Below, piece after piece: positions 1 through 9,664 of a stretch of 64,000 nucleotides of DNA; position 1 is the first letter of the stretch; each line of letters starts with the position of its first letter. Both the position numbers and the translations under genes were made by a program. The notes under the pieces were generated by a model, which made no database searches, was not told the origin of the DNA, and saw nothing but the letters and a program-made list of their open reading frames with translations. This DNA is from Minisyncoccia bacterium (GTDB taxonomy: Bacteria > Patescibacteriota > Minisyncoccia > Phycocordibacterales > UBA9973): positions 19,258 to 83,257 of the forward strand of contig JBBQGF010000001.1 of assembly GCA_038322745.1 (NCBI GenBank), in the 5' to 3' direction.

Positions 1-409
1 ATTTTTTCAAGATTATCTGAGATTGTATTTATATTCCTTGTAATATATCCATTGATGGTGTTTATTTTATTTATTTTTAAATTATCACCACTCAATCTAA
101 GTATTTCTATTTGTTCTTCTAAAGAATTATTATTTTTAATCAAAAGTTCAACTTCCTTATATATTAACTCTATTGTTTCTTTATTAACCTCAAATTCCAT
201 ATACCAACTTTCTTTTTTAATTTTACGCATTTTATCCTCATCTATTTTATCTAAATAGTTTTCAATAACTTTTTGATTAAGTGATGGTAGTATTTCTTCA
301 ACATCAAAATTATCTTTACCAATTTTATCTCCAAGTATATTTATTTTTTGTTCAATCTTATTGATTTCATTTTTTGTTGTGCCTTGTACCCAAAATCCTT
401 CATTTTTCA
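1..409 (-). CDS. hypothetical protein, N-terminal part (gene runs off window start)
   Basis: Reverse-strand ATG at 409 opens an unbroken frame to position 1 (MKNEGFWVQGTTKNEINKIEQKINILGDKIGKDNFDVEE...). It lies 5 nt past the kinase stop. It is missing from the ORF track because there is no stop inside the window. Confidence 0.4.
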
Positions 410-414
410 TAAAA

Positions 415-1407
415 TTAATTAATTTTACTTACCTTGTAATCTGTTGGTGCATTTATTAAATAATCTTCTAATTGCTCTCTTGAGAGTAATCCTTTTTGTG
501 CCCCAACATAGGAAATAACTGACATAGCATTTATTGGTCCCCATAATAATGCTTCTTTTAAATTTTTATCTAGGAGTAATGCAGATATAGTTGCTGCTGC
601 AAAAGAATCTCCAGCACCTGTTGATTCTACTGAATTTATTGCATAAATAGGTACGAATAAAATATCAACTCCATCATCAGCAAATGCGCCATTTAAACCA
701 TCGGTCATTATTACTATTTTAGGACCAAGTAACCTTAATTCTTTCAAAAGTATAATCTTGTCTTTTTCATTTGTTTCAAGAATTTTTTGGGCTTCAATTA
801 AATTACAAAAAAGAATTTCTGTTCTTTTATATATATCTTTTAATGATTCTCTACCTAATCGAATTTGGAAAGTCCCTGGTTGGAAAGCAAGTTTAGTCTC
901 TGGATATTTAACAAGATATTCAAATATTTCTTTATGATAATCTTCTGAATTTGAAGCCAATGAGGATAAATACACCCATTTAGCTGGTGGTATTTCTTTG
1001 TCAAATGAATATGGGAATTCAGTATGTTTTACAAGTATTGTTCTCTCTGATTGATACCATAAGACATAATGATAATTAGATTCCATACCATTTACTATTT
1101 TCATATAATCAACATTTACCCCATCTTTCATTAAGGACTCAATATTTTGTTTTCCAATAGAGTCATCACCAACATATGAATGAAGATAGGAATTTATTCC
1201 GAGTTTTTGTGTTCCAACTGCTACATTTGGACTATTTCCAACTGCATAGCATATCTCTGCAGACTCATAAGGTATTTTTTCACCAAATCTAAAACATATT
1301 TTACAATGTTCACCATTAATATCACAATTTGCTTCTGCATCAGTTATTCTAATAAATGGTTCAGCAACTATGTCACCAATAGCCAAAAAATCAATTTGTT
1401 TTTCCAT
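415..1407 (-). CDS. PfkB-family carbohydrate/sugar-phosphate kinase (ribokinase-like)
   Basis: 330 aa with the C-terminal PfkB signature TGAGDSFAAA and a ribokinase-like fold pattern. Confidence 0.85.
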   Translation of the reverse strand: MEKQIDFLAIGDIVAEPFIRITDAEANCDINGEHCKICFRFGEKIPYESAEICYAVGNSPNVAVGTQKLGINSYLHSYVGDDSIGKQNIESLMKDGVNVDYMKIVNGMESNYHYVLWYQSERTILVKHTEFPYSFDKEIPPAKWVYLSSLASNSEDYHKEIFEYLVKYPETKLAFQPGTFQIRLGRESLKDIYKRTEILFCNLIEAQKILETNEKDKIILLKELRLLGPKIVIMTDGLNGAFADDGVDILFVPIYAINSVESTGAGDSFAAATISALLLDKNLKEALLWGPINAMSVISYVGAQKGLLSREQLEDYLINAPTDYKVSKIN

Positions 1408-1550
1408 CTTTTCATTATATCACAGCATGGTATAATGAAAAGTATGAATCCCGATAGAAATTTTATCGGAGATGAAGGAAAAACATAGGTTATATTTATA
1501 TAAATAAAGTCGTATATAAATAATAGATTATTATAAAAATTTCACACGGG

Positions 1551-2420
1551 ATGAAAAAATTAAGAGAATATATCAAAGAGGCAAGTGAGAATGGAATTGC
1601 TATTGGTCATTTTAATATTTCAAACATAGAAGCTTTGCATGGAATTTATAATGCGGCAAAGAAATTAAATGTACCAGTAATTATTGGAGTATCAGAGGGT
1701 GAAGAAGAATTTATTGGCAGAGATGAAGTAGCTTCCCTTGTGAATATGATACGAGAGAGAGATAATTATCCAATATTTTTAAACGCAGATCATCATTATA
1801 GTTTTGAAAGTGTAAAAAATGCTATTGATGTAGGATATGATGCTGCTATTATTGATGCTGTTAAATTACCTCAAAATGAAAATGTAGCTTTAACTAAAAA
1901 ATGTGTTGATTACGCTAGAGAATTATCAGCAATTGAAAATAGAGATATTTTAATAGAGGCAGAACTTGGTTTTATAGGCTCATCTTCTAAATTACTCGAA
2001 GTAATTCCAGAAGGTGTTAGCGATGCTACAATGACAAAACCTGAAGATGCAAAAGCCTTTGTAGATGCCACAGGAGTAGATTTACTTGCACCATCAGTAG
2101 GTAATGTTCATGGAATGATAAAAGGCGGAAATCCAAAACTTGATATACAAAGAATTAATGATATTAAGATAGCTTGTGGTGTGCCACTCGTTCTTCATGG
2201 CGGATCTGGAATATCAGATGAAGATTTCAAAGCTGCAATTACTGCGGGGATATCGGTTGTTCATATAAATACAGAAATTCGTGTAGCATACAAAGAAGCA
2301 TTAGAAAAATATCTCAAAGAAAATCCAAATGAAGTAGCCCCATACAAAATCCTCACACCTGCAGTAGAAGCTATAGAGAAAGTAGTTGAGGCAAGACTTA
2401 GATTATTTAGTAATTTATAA
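1551..2420 (+). CDS. fba: class II fructose/tagatose-bisphosphate aldolase
   Basis: 289 aa with NADHH...LHGGSG motifs typical of class II FBA/TBP aldolases. Confidence 0.9.
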   Translation: MKKLREYIKEASENGIAIGHFNISNIEALHGIYNAAKKLNVPVIIGVSEGEEEFIGRDEVASLVNMIRERDNYPIFLNADHHYSFESVKNAIDVGYDAAIIDAVKLPQNENVALTKKCVDYARELSAIENRDILIEAELGFIGSSSKLLEVIPEGVSDATMTKPEDAKAFVDATGVDLLAPSVGNVHGMIKGGNPKLDIQRINDIKIACGVPLVLHGGSGISDEDFKAAITAGISVVHINTEIRVAYKEALEKYLKENPNEVAPYKILTPAVEAIEKVVEARLRLFSNL

Positions 2421-2541
2421 TATATTAATAAATAATACTCATCATATATTTGATGGGTATTATTTTTTAATTTGACTATTTAATGTTTATTATGCTAGAT
2501 TTTAAGAAATAAGTTCTCTAAAATAAACCTAATACAACGAG

Positions 2542-3228
2542 ATGAAAAAGATAGTTTTTTCCTTTTTTTTGATGTTGAGTACAATTATTACGGTATTCGC
2601 ACAAACTAATACAGTTCATTCAAAAACTGTAATATCTTCCGATACATCCAAAATTTGGATAATAAAAATAACAGAAAAATACTCCACAATTCTTAGTAAT
2701 AAAAAAAGAATCGATAATTATTGTACTATTTATGATACTACTCAAATTATATTTGTTTCTAGGGGTGCTAAGAGATATATAAGTGATTCAATTATAAAAG
2801 TATTATTTAATAGTAGTACCCATATAATACAACTTATAGATTCTTTAGTTCCTAGATGGACACATATTTTAGGAAAAGATAAATATGTAGAAAGAAAATT
2901 AGAAATAGTTGATGATAAAATATTTTTTTATATCTCTAGAAGTATCTACAAACAAGGAGACAGTATTAAAAATATTTATGTCTATATGAAAATTTCTATA
3001 ATTGTTTCCATACTTTTTATATTTTTTTCTTTTATATTAAAAGATACAATAAGATATGCAAGATATGCAATTGGAATATTATTTATTTACCTTTTTATTG
3101 TATTAATTAGTCCGCTTAAGGATACATTTACAATTTTTGATATAATCTTTTTATGCTTCATTGTATTTTTTCCTTCATTTTTAATTACTTTATTATTCAA
3201 ATCAAAGATAAAGGTTAAAAAAGAATAA
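2542..3228 (+). CDS. hypothetical membrane protein with signal peptide
   Basis: N-terminal hydrophobic signal and several C-terminal TM helices. No recognisable domain. Confidence 0.45.
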   Translation: MKKIVFSFFLMLSTIITVFAQTNTVHSKTVISSDTSKIWIIKITEKYSTILSNKKRIDNYCTIYDTTQIIFVSRGAKRYISDSIIKVLFNSSTHIIQLIDSLVPRWTHILGKDKYVERKLEIVDDKIFFYISRSIYKQGDSIKNIYVYMKISIIVSILFIFFSFILKDTIRYARYAIGILFIYLFIVLISPLKDTFTIFDIIFLCFIVFFPSFLITLLFKSKIKVKKE

Positions 3229-3254
3229 TACTAAATATACTATATATTATTGAG

Positions 3255-3285
3255 ACACCTGACCATTAACTCAGGTGTTTTTTAT
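3255..3285 (+). terminator. rho-independent terminator
   Basis: acacctga/tcaggtgt stem followed by a T-run. Confidence 0.6.
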
Positions 3286-3321
3286 TTGCATATTTGATAA
3301 ATTAGTGTTACTATCAAACCC

Positions 3322-3981
3322 ATGAATATATTAACCGCAACAAAGCGAAGTAAGGCAGAAAAGCTAGAATCTATACGATCTAACGGTATGATTCCTGCTG
3401 TTGTCTATGGCGCTCGCGTGGAAAACACTATGATTTCCGTTTCGAGCTCCTTGTTTACTAAAGTTTTTAAAATAGCAGGAGAAACAAGTACTATTGTACT
3501 TGAAATTGCTGGTGCAACCGAAAAGGAAAAACCAATAAAAGTTGATGCATTAATTCATGTAGTACAAGTTCATCCAGTTAATGGATTTCCAATCCATGTT
3601 GATTTCTTGGCTGTTGATATGAATAAAGTAGTTGAAGTTAAAATACCAATAACATTCGTTGGTACAGCAAAAGCTGAAAAGGATGGATTTGGAACATTAG
3701 TAAAAGTGTTACATGAAATAGAAATAGAGGCACTTCCAAAAGATTTACCACATACTATTGAAGTAGATGTATCTTTCATTTCAACATTAGAAGATTTTAT
3801 TCATGCTAAAGATATAAAACTCCCAAAAGGTGTTATACTTTTAACTGAAGGAAGTGAAATTATAGCTCTAGTTGCTGCTGCTAAAGAAGAAAAAGAAGAA
3901 GTTGTAGCTGATTTATCAACTATTGAAGTAGAAAAGAAGGGTAAGAAAGAAGAAGAGGAAGAAGTACCCGCTGTAAAATAA
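3322..3981 (+). CDS. rplY: 50S ribosomal protein L25 (Ctc form) with acidic C-terminal tail
   Basis: N-terminal L25/Ctc beta-barrel pattern (KRSKAEKLESIRSNGMIPAVVYG...) and an EEEEE C-terminus. Confidence 0.85.
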   Translation: MNILTATKRSKAEKLESIRSNGMIPAVVYGARVENTMISVSSSLFTKVFKIAGETSTIVLEIAGATEKEKPIKVDALIHVVQVHPVNGFPIHVDFLAVDMNKVVEVKIPITFVGTAKAEKDGFGTLVKVLHEIEIEALPKDLPHTIEVDVSFISTLEDFIHAKDIKLPKGVILLTEGSEIIALVAAAKEEKEEVVADLSTIEVEKKGKKEEEEEVPAVK

Positions 3982-3997
3982 AATTATTATCTATAAA

Positions 3998-4029
3998 AAA
4001 CACTTAGACTTATCCTCTGAGTGTTTTTT
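3998..4029 (+). terminator. rho-independent terminator
   Basis: cacttag/ctgagtg stem plus T-run after rplY. Confidence 0.55.
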
Positions 4030-4039
4030 ATGCTATACT

Positions 4040-5422
4040 ATGTATATGAATCGATACATTCTATACTTTTTTTCTTTTATATTTGCTGTAACAACTATTT
4101 TTGGAAATTATATTTATCAAATACCTAAAGTTGATGCTAGTCAGGAACTAGAATTAGTTCAGGCTGATAGAGCACGCCTTGAGAAAGATTTGGCAAATCT
4201 GGAAAAAGAAATAGCTCAAAAACAAAAAGAGCTTTCATCTCAAAAAGGTCAATCTGTATCACTTTCTCGTGATATCTCTATTCTTACAACTCAAATCAAA
4301 AAATCTAAATTAGATATCCAATCTAAGAACCTAGTAATAAAGAAATTGGGGGGTGAAATAATAGAAAAAAGTAAAGAAATAAACGTCTTAAACTCAAAAA
4401 TAGATAATATTAAGGAGTCTCTTTCACAACTTATTCGTAAAGATAGAGAGATAGATCAGAAATCAATTTTGGCTCTTATTTTATCAAAAAATACAATTTC
4501 AGAGGCTTATGGTGATATAGATGCATTCACATCTCTAAAAAAAGGAATACAAAAATCAGTTGATGAAATACGAGGAGTAAAAAGTGAAACAGAAACTGAA
4601 AAAACTGTTTTAGAACAAAAAAAGAATAAAGAAATAGATACAAGAGTACAACTAGAAACTGCAAAGAAGCAAGTAGAAGTAAATGAAAAAGATAAACAAC
4701 AACTATTATCAATAAGTAAAAATAAAGAAACTGAATATCAAAAACTTTTAGATGAGAAAGCAAGAAAACGTTCTGAAATACTTGCAATGTTGTTTAATTT
4801 ACGAGACGTATCAGCAATTCCTTTTGAGAAAGCCTTAGAATATGCTAAAATTGCTGAAGAAAAAACTGGAATTAGACCTGCATTTCTTCTAGCAATTTTA
4901 ACTCAAGAAAGTAATTTAGGTACAGACCAGGGTTCTTGTTATGTTACAAATATGGAGACAGGTTCTGGTATTAGTTCAAAAAGTGGTAAAGCATTTCTTA
5001 ATGTAATGAAGCCTACTCGTGATGTAAAACCATTTTTTGAAATTACAACCAATGTAGGAAGAGACCCTTACAAAACATTAGTTTCTTGTCCTATTGGAGG
5101 TTCAGGCTATGGTGGAGCTATGGGTCCTGCTCAATTTATTCCTTCTACTTGGCAATTACTAAAAACTCGTATTGCTAAAATGCTAGGTATAAGTAATCCA
5201 GACCCTTGGTATGCTAGAGATGCATTTATGGCATCTGCTTTATACTTAACTGATTTAGGAGCAAGTGGAGGAAGTTATACTGGAGAACGTAATTCAGCTT
5301 GTAAATACTATTCTGGAAGAAAATGTGATAATAAAAAGCCAAATAATAGCTTTTATGGTGATTCTGTTATGAAAAAAGCAACAAGTATACAAGAAAAATA
5401 TATAGACCCATTGCAAAACTAA
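4040..5422 (+). CDS. membrane-anchored coiled-coil protein with C-terminal lytic-transglycosylase (SLT)-like domain
   Basis: N-terminal TM, about 230 aa of heptad-rich coiled coil, then LAILTQESNLG...GPAQFIPSTW...ALYL, which resembles the family-1 SLT E-S / G-x-MQ motifs. Confidence 0.6.
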   Translation: MYMNRYILYFFSFIFAVTTIFGNYIYQIPKVDASQELELVQADRARLEKDLANLEKEIAQKQKELSSQKGQSVSLSRDISILTTQIKKSKLDIQSKNLVIKKLGGEIIEKSKEINVLNSKIDNIKESLSQLIRKDREIDQKSILALILSKNTISEAYGDIDAFTSLKKGIQKSVDEIRGVKSETETEKTVLEQKKNKEIDTRVQLETAKKQVEVNEKDKQQLLSISKNKETEYQKLLDEKARKRSEILAMLFNLRDVSAIPFEKALEYAKIAEEKTGIRPAFLLAILTQESNLGTDQGSCYVTNMETGSGISSKSGKAFLNVMKPTRDVKPFFEITTNVGRDPYKTLVSCPIGGSGYGGAMGPAQFIPSTWQLLKTRIAKMLGISNPDPWYARDAFMASALYLTDLGASGGSYTGERNSACKYYSGRKCDNKKPNNSFYGDSVMKKATSIQEKYIDPLQN

Positions 5423-5447
5423 TATTATCGTGATATTATAACTCAAT

Positions 5448-5666
5448 ATGAAAAAAGGCATACATCCAAAATATAATGATAAAGCAGCAGTTACATGTGC
5501 ATGTGGAGCAACTTTTCCAGTAGGTTCATCAATGGATAAAATAGATGTTGAAATATGTAGTCAATGTCATCCATTTTATACAGGAAATGAGAAAGTTCTA
5601 GACACAGCTGGACGTGTAGATCGTTTTAAAAAGCGTGCAGCAGCATCTGGTAAAACAAAGAAATAA
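5448..5666 (+). CDS. rpmE: 50S ribosomal protein L31
   Basis: MKKGIHPKY...CxC...CHPFYTG...GRVDRF shows the L31 zinc-ribbon hallmarks. Confidence 0.9.
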   Translation: MKKGIHPKYNDKAAVTCACGATFPVGSSMDKIDVEICSQCHPFYTGNEKVLDTAGRVDRFKKRAAASGKTKK

Positions 5667-5682
5667 ATTTTAAAAAATATAA

Positions 5683-5706
5683 AAAGCTCTATTTTAGAGC
5701 TTTTTA
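5683..5706 (+). terminator. rho-independent terminator
   Basis: aaagctcta/tagagcttt palindrome plus T-run. Confidence 0.6.
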
Positions 5707-5712
5707 TATTTT

Positions 5713-6705
5713 TTGTTATATAATATAAATATGGCATTAGATTTAGAACAATTAAAAAAGGATCATAAGACAAGTTATTTTGCTCTAGAATATGAGCGTT
5801 TATTAAATGAGGAAGAAAAAGTAAATGAAATGGTCTCCTCCGATGAGAGTCTTCGTGAACTCGCAGAAGAAGAAATTCAGAATATAAAATTTCAGAAAGA
5901 TGCAATTGAAAGACAATTAGAAGAAATTAAAAAAAGTGAAAAAGAAGATGAAGAATTTCCCAATGAAATAGTATTAGAAGTTCGTGCAGGAGCAGGAGGA
6001 GACGAAGCATCACTATTTGCATGGGAAATTGCTCATATGTATGAAAGATTTGCTGAAAATAATAATTGGAGTTGGAAAATATTAAATGAATCTCTAAGTA
6101 GTGCTAGTGGTTATAAAGAAGCTTCATTTGAAATAAAAGGGAAGGATGTTTATAAATTATTAAGATATGAAACTGGAGTTCATAGAGTTCAACGTATTCC
6201 TTCAACAGAAAAAAATGGCAGAATACATACATCTACTGCTTCAGTTGCAGTATTACCTTTAAAGAAGAAGACAACTATTATTATCAACCCAGCTGATTTA
6301 GAAATTGAATATTCACGTTCAGGTGGTGCTGGTGGGCAAAATGTCAACAAAGTTGAAACAGCAGTACGACTAATACATAAACCAACAGGTGAAGATGTCA
6401 GATGTACTACAGAAAGAACCCAGCTAGGGAACAGAGAGAAAGCAATGATGATGCTTACTTCAAAACTTCAGATGATAAAAGATGCAGAAGAAGCTAAAAA
6501 ATATGCTGGAGATCGTAAATCCCAAATTGGTACAAATGATAGAAGTGAAAAAATACGTACATATAATTTTCCTCAAGATAGAGTCACAGATCATCGAATC
6601 AAACAATCATGGTCAAACATTCCAGGTATTATGGAGGGTAATATAAATAAAATAATAGAAGCACTATCAAGTGGAATAGTAGGAGAATCCGAAGATGATG
6701 AGTAA
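5713..6705 (+). CDS. prfA: peptide chain release factor 1
   Basis: GGQ motif ([18 protein letters not shown]), RF1-type P-S-T tripeptide region (RVQRIPSTE) and the conserved [15 protein letters not shown] block. The true start may be the internal Met at 5731. Confidence 0.9.
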   Translation: MLYNINMALDLEQLKKDHKTSYFALEYERLLNEEEKVNEMVSSDESLRELAEEEIQNIKFQKDAIERQLEEIKKSEKEDEEFPNEIVLEVRAGAGGDEASLFAWEIAHMYERFAENNNWSWKILNESLSSASGYKEASFEIKGKDVYKLLRYETGVHRVQRIPSTEKNGRIHTSTASVAVLPLKKKTTIIINPADLEIEYSRSGGAGGQNVNKVETAVRLIHKPTGEDVRCTTERTQLGNREKAMMMLTSKLQMIKDAEEAKKYAGDRKSQIGTNDRSEKIRTYNFPQDRVTDHRIKQSWSNIPGIMEGNINKIIEALSSGIVGESEDDE

Positions 6706-6892
6706 TTGCATTATCTTTACTCTTCTGTTATAATTTTTTCTAGTAGTTTGATATGTCTTGGTATTTGTTTCATTCTTCGTGTGAAAACATTGAGGTGTGT
6801 AAATGAAAATCGGAGTAGCGATTACATTTATAAATTAGTTTTCTTCAAGTAGTTGATATGAAAGTATTACTACAAGAAGCACATTGTCATAT

Positions 6893-7183
6893 ATGGCAAA
6901 AAAGTTGTATGTAGGTGGTCTTCCTTATAAGACTTCCAATGATGAGCTTAAAGCTCATTTCAGTGCTGCAGGAGCTGTCGCTTCAGCAACCATTATTATG
7001 GATAAGATGACAGGTCGCTCAAAAGGTTTCGGTTTCGTAGAAATGGAAAACGATGCCGATGCAGCTACAGCTATCTCAATGTTTGACGGTAAAGATTACG
7101 ATGGTCGCAATCTTACAGTTAACGAAGCTCGTCCTATGGAAGAACGTCCACAAGGTGGTGGAGGTTTCCGTGCAAATAGATAA
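6893..7183 (+). CDS. RRM-domain (glycine-rich) RNA-binding protein
   Basis: RNP2 LYVGGL and RNP1 KGFGFVEM motifs with a GGGG C-terminal tail. The ORF track begins at a TTG at 6884; the ATG at 6893 is the more likely start. Confidence 0.8.
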   Translation: MAKKLYVGGLPYKTSNDELKAHFSAAGAVASATIIMDKMTGRSKGFGFVEMENDADAATAISMFDGKDYDGRNLTVNEARPMEERPQGGGGFRANR

Positions 7184-7199
7184 TTAATTATCTTGATAA

Positions 7200-7231
7200 A
7201 AATCCCCAGCTCGAAAGAGAAGGGGATTTTT
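7200..7231 (+). terminator. rho-independent terminator
   Basis: aaatcccc...ggggattt stem plus T-run. Confidence 0.6.
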
Positions 7232-7233
7232 GT

Positions 7234-7262
7234 TTGCAAAATATAGTTTTTTTTGCTATAAT
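7234..7262 (+). promoter_or_regulatory. near-consensus sigma70 promoter (TTGCAA-N17-TATAAT)
   Basis: Read directly from sequence. It lies 77 nt upstream of tRNA-Ile. Confidence 0.55.
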
Positions 7263-7338
7263 TTTCTCGTTCTTTATACAAAACATATAAGAAATGGATT
7301 ACTAGAATGCAGTCCATAAGATATAAGGATATTATATT

Positions 7339-7410
7339 GCGTGTGTAGTTCAGTGGTAGAACGCTGTCCTGATAAGACAGAGGTCGAAGGTCCGATTCCT
7401 TCCACACGCA
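7339..7410 (+). tRNA. tRNA-Ile (anticodon GAT)
   Basis: Cloverleaf by hand. Acceptor GCGTGTG/CACACGC, D arm GTTC...GAAC, anticodon stem CTGTC/GACAG with loop CTGATAA, T arm GAAGG-TCCGATT-CCTTC, discriminator A. CCA is not encoded. Confidence 0.8.
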
Positions 7411-7580
7411 CAGCGGGTGAATAAGCCAATTATTTGGCTTATGTGAAGGAATCGGAAACCTTGAATATATTTTTTTAATTTAATAATTATAAAAAATATG
7501 AAAGGTGTACAGGTCCCGTAAGACCGATAAATGTACTCATGGTCCTTCCACACGCACAAAGGCTTTTAGGCCTTTTATTT

Positions 7581-7841
7581 ATGGAAAATAATGAAAAAAT
7601 AATAATTGAACCCTGGTGGAAAGAAGGAGTTATTATTTTTATTAGAGTTTCTGCTTATATTGCAGTTCCTGTTATTCTTGGATTATATATAGGTAGATAT
7701 TTAGATAAAAAATATAATACTGAACCATATTTGCTTATTCTCTCAATTTTTATAGCTTTTATTTCTACAATGTATTTAATTTGGAAGGAAATGAAAAAAT
7801 ATCAGAATAAAATTGAAAAAGAAGAAAATATAAAAAAATAA
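7581..7841 (+). CDS. atpI: AtpZ/AtpI-like small membrane protein preceding atpB
   Basis: Two TM helices directly upstream of atpB in the same strand. Start taken at the internal Met of ORF 7539..7841. Confidence 0.55.
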   Translation: MENNEKIIIEPWWKEGVIIFIRVSAYIAVPVILGLYIGRYLDKKYNTEPYLLILSIFIAFISTMYLIWKEMKKYQNKIEKEENIKK

Positions 7842-7844
7842 CTT

Positions 7845-8798
7845 ATGACATCAACAGAAGATAATGTACAATTAAATACAATTAACGAACAACATTCTAT
7901 TTCTATAGATTTAAAAGAAGTTGAGATAAAACCTATTTCAAATGAAATATTACATGAATCAACATTATTTGCTGAACCAATTTATCATATTGGATCATTT
8001 ACTATAACAAATGCATTATTTACAAGTTGGATTGTAGTAATTTTTCTTATAATTATTTCTATTATTATTCGTTTAAAACTCTCAAAAATACCAAAAGGAA
8101 TTCAAAATTTATTTGAATATATAATCGAAGGGGCAGAATCACTTTGTGACCAAGTCACAAATGATAGAAAGATAACAAATAAAGTATTCCCAATAGTTTT
8201 TACTATTTTTTTAGTAGTTCTTTTTAATAATTGGATTGGTATTCTTCCACTTGGAGGATTTGGTCTAGTTGAAATGGGAGAGCATGGAAAAATGTTTATT
8301 CCATTTATTCGTTCTGGAACTGCAGATATTAATGGGACTTTACCACTTGCAATTATGTCAGTTATCGGTGCAAACCTATTTGGAATACTCTCAATTGGTC
8401 TATGGAAATCTATCAATAAATATGTTAATCTAAAGGCGCTTGGTAGTATTATAACTTCCATTCGCAAAGACCCAATGGTTCTAATGACAGCTCCTATTAT
8501 GTTTGCTGTTGGATTCCTTGAACTGATAGGTGAATTTGCAAAAGTTGCCTCACTTTCATTTCGTCTATTTGGAAACGTATTTGCAGGAGAGGTACTATTA
8601 GCATCAATGGGTGCGATTATAGCATATGTACTACCGACTCCCTTTATGTTCTTAGAAATCATAGTAGGAGTAATACAAGCTTTTATTTTTGCAATCTTGA
8701 CCTTGGTTTATTATACAATAGCAAGCCAAGATCATGATGAAGAGCATGATGAAAAACATCATGCTGAGAATGAAAATGTAGTAGTCGGTGCACATTAA
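7845..8798 (+). CDS. atpB: F0F1 ATP synthase subunit a
   Basis: Conserved Arg helix SFRLFGNVFAGE, multi-TM. Has an unusual ~75-aa N-terminal extension and a His/Asp/Glu-rich C-terminal tail. Confidence 0.9.
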   Translation: MTSTEDNVQLNTINEQHSISIDLKEVEIKPISNEILHESTLFAEPIYHIGSFTITNALFTSWIVVIFLIIISIIIRLKLSKIPKGIQNLFEYIIEGAESLCDQVTNDRKITNKVFPIVFTIFLVVLFNNWIGILPLGGFGLVEMGEHGKMFIPFIRSGTADINGTLPLAIMSVIGANLFGILSIGLWKSINKYVNLKALGSIITSIRKDPMVLMTAPIMFAVGFLELIGEFAKVASLSFRLFGNVFAGEVLLASMGAIIAYVLPTPFMFLEIIVGVIQAFIFAILTLVYYTIASQDHDEEHDEKHHAENENVVVGAH

Positions 8799-9056
<258 letters not shown>

Positions 9057-9168
9057 TTTTTGCTATTTACATCTAGTCAGTTGTTCTATCCAAATGACTA
9101 GGAGTAAGGAGCCAAGGCTTCTGTATTATATTTTTTAATTCGTAATTATCAATTCATAATTATTTTAT

Positions 9169-9660
9169 ATGGACTCATTTATAACTACATTTCACATAGA
9201 CTGGAAAATCATAATAGCTCAAACAATAAATTTTGTTATTGTTTTTTCTGTTTTATATTTCTTCGCACTTAAACCATTAAAGAAATTAATGTCCGAAAGA
9301 ACTGAGAGAATAGAAAAAGGATTAGATGATGCTAAAACTAATAATATTCTGCTTAGTCAAACAAAAAAAGAATATGATGAAATATTAATAAAAGCAAAAT
9401 CAGAAGCTCATGAAATATTTCAAGAGGGGAAACGAGAAGCAGAAATTAAAAAAGTAGAAATGATTGAAAATGCAAGTAAAGAAGTAGAGATTTTAATTTC
9501 TAACGGAAAAAAATTACTTGAAGCAGAAAAAATTAAAATGGTGGATGAAGCTAAAAAAGAAATAGTATCTCTGGTTGTAAAAGCAACAGAAAAGTTATTA
9601 GATGGTGAAGAAAATACTAAGTATAACGAAAAAGCATTAAATCAGATAAAGAAAATATAA
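9169..9660 (+). CDS. atpF: F0F1 ATP synthase subunit b
   Basis: N-terminal TM then a long charged helix, in operon position. Confidence 0.85.
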   Translation: MDSFITTFHIDWKIIIAQTINFVIVFSVLYFFALKPLKKLMSERTERIEKGLDDAKTNNILLSQTKKEYDEILIKAKSEAHEIFQEGKREAEIKKVEMIENASKEVEILISNGKKLLEAEKIKMVDEAKKEIVSLVVKATEKLLDGEENTKYNEKALNQIKKI

Positions 9661-9664
9661 TATT

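Noticed and set aside
52-258. 68-aa plus-strand ORF at the window start
   Set aside because: It lies antisense to a continuous minus-strand reading frame (1..409) that abuts the kinase gene. It is a low-complexity Leu/Ile/Ser translation typical of AT-rich antisense.
1180-1488. 102-aa plus-strand ORF overlapping the PfkB kinase
   Set aside because: It is fully embedded antisense in a well-supported gene and has no motif.
5576-5905. 109-aa minus-strand ORF spanning the rpmE-prfA junction
   Set aside because: It overlaps two well-supported plus-strand genes and their terminator, and would be read across a strong hairpin.
7500-7560. Possible second tRNA after tRNA-Ile
   Set aside because: Only the 3' 18 nt resemble the tRNA. 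No D arm, anticodon arm or 5' acceptor strand can be formed, so I report it as a partial duplicate instead.
8102-8662. 186-aa minus-strand ORF inside atpB (also 8813..9022, 10157..10351, 10882..11142, 11660..11854, 12185..12388, 12702..12893, 13129..13326, 13993..14409)
   Set aside because: These are alternative-frame or antisense ORFs within highly conserved ATP synthase genes. Their Ser/Pro/Ile-rich composition is consistent with chance ORFs.
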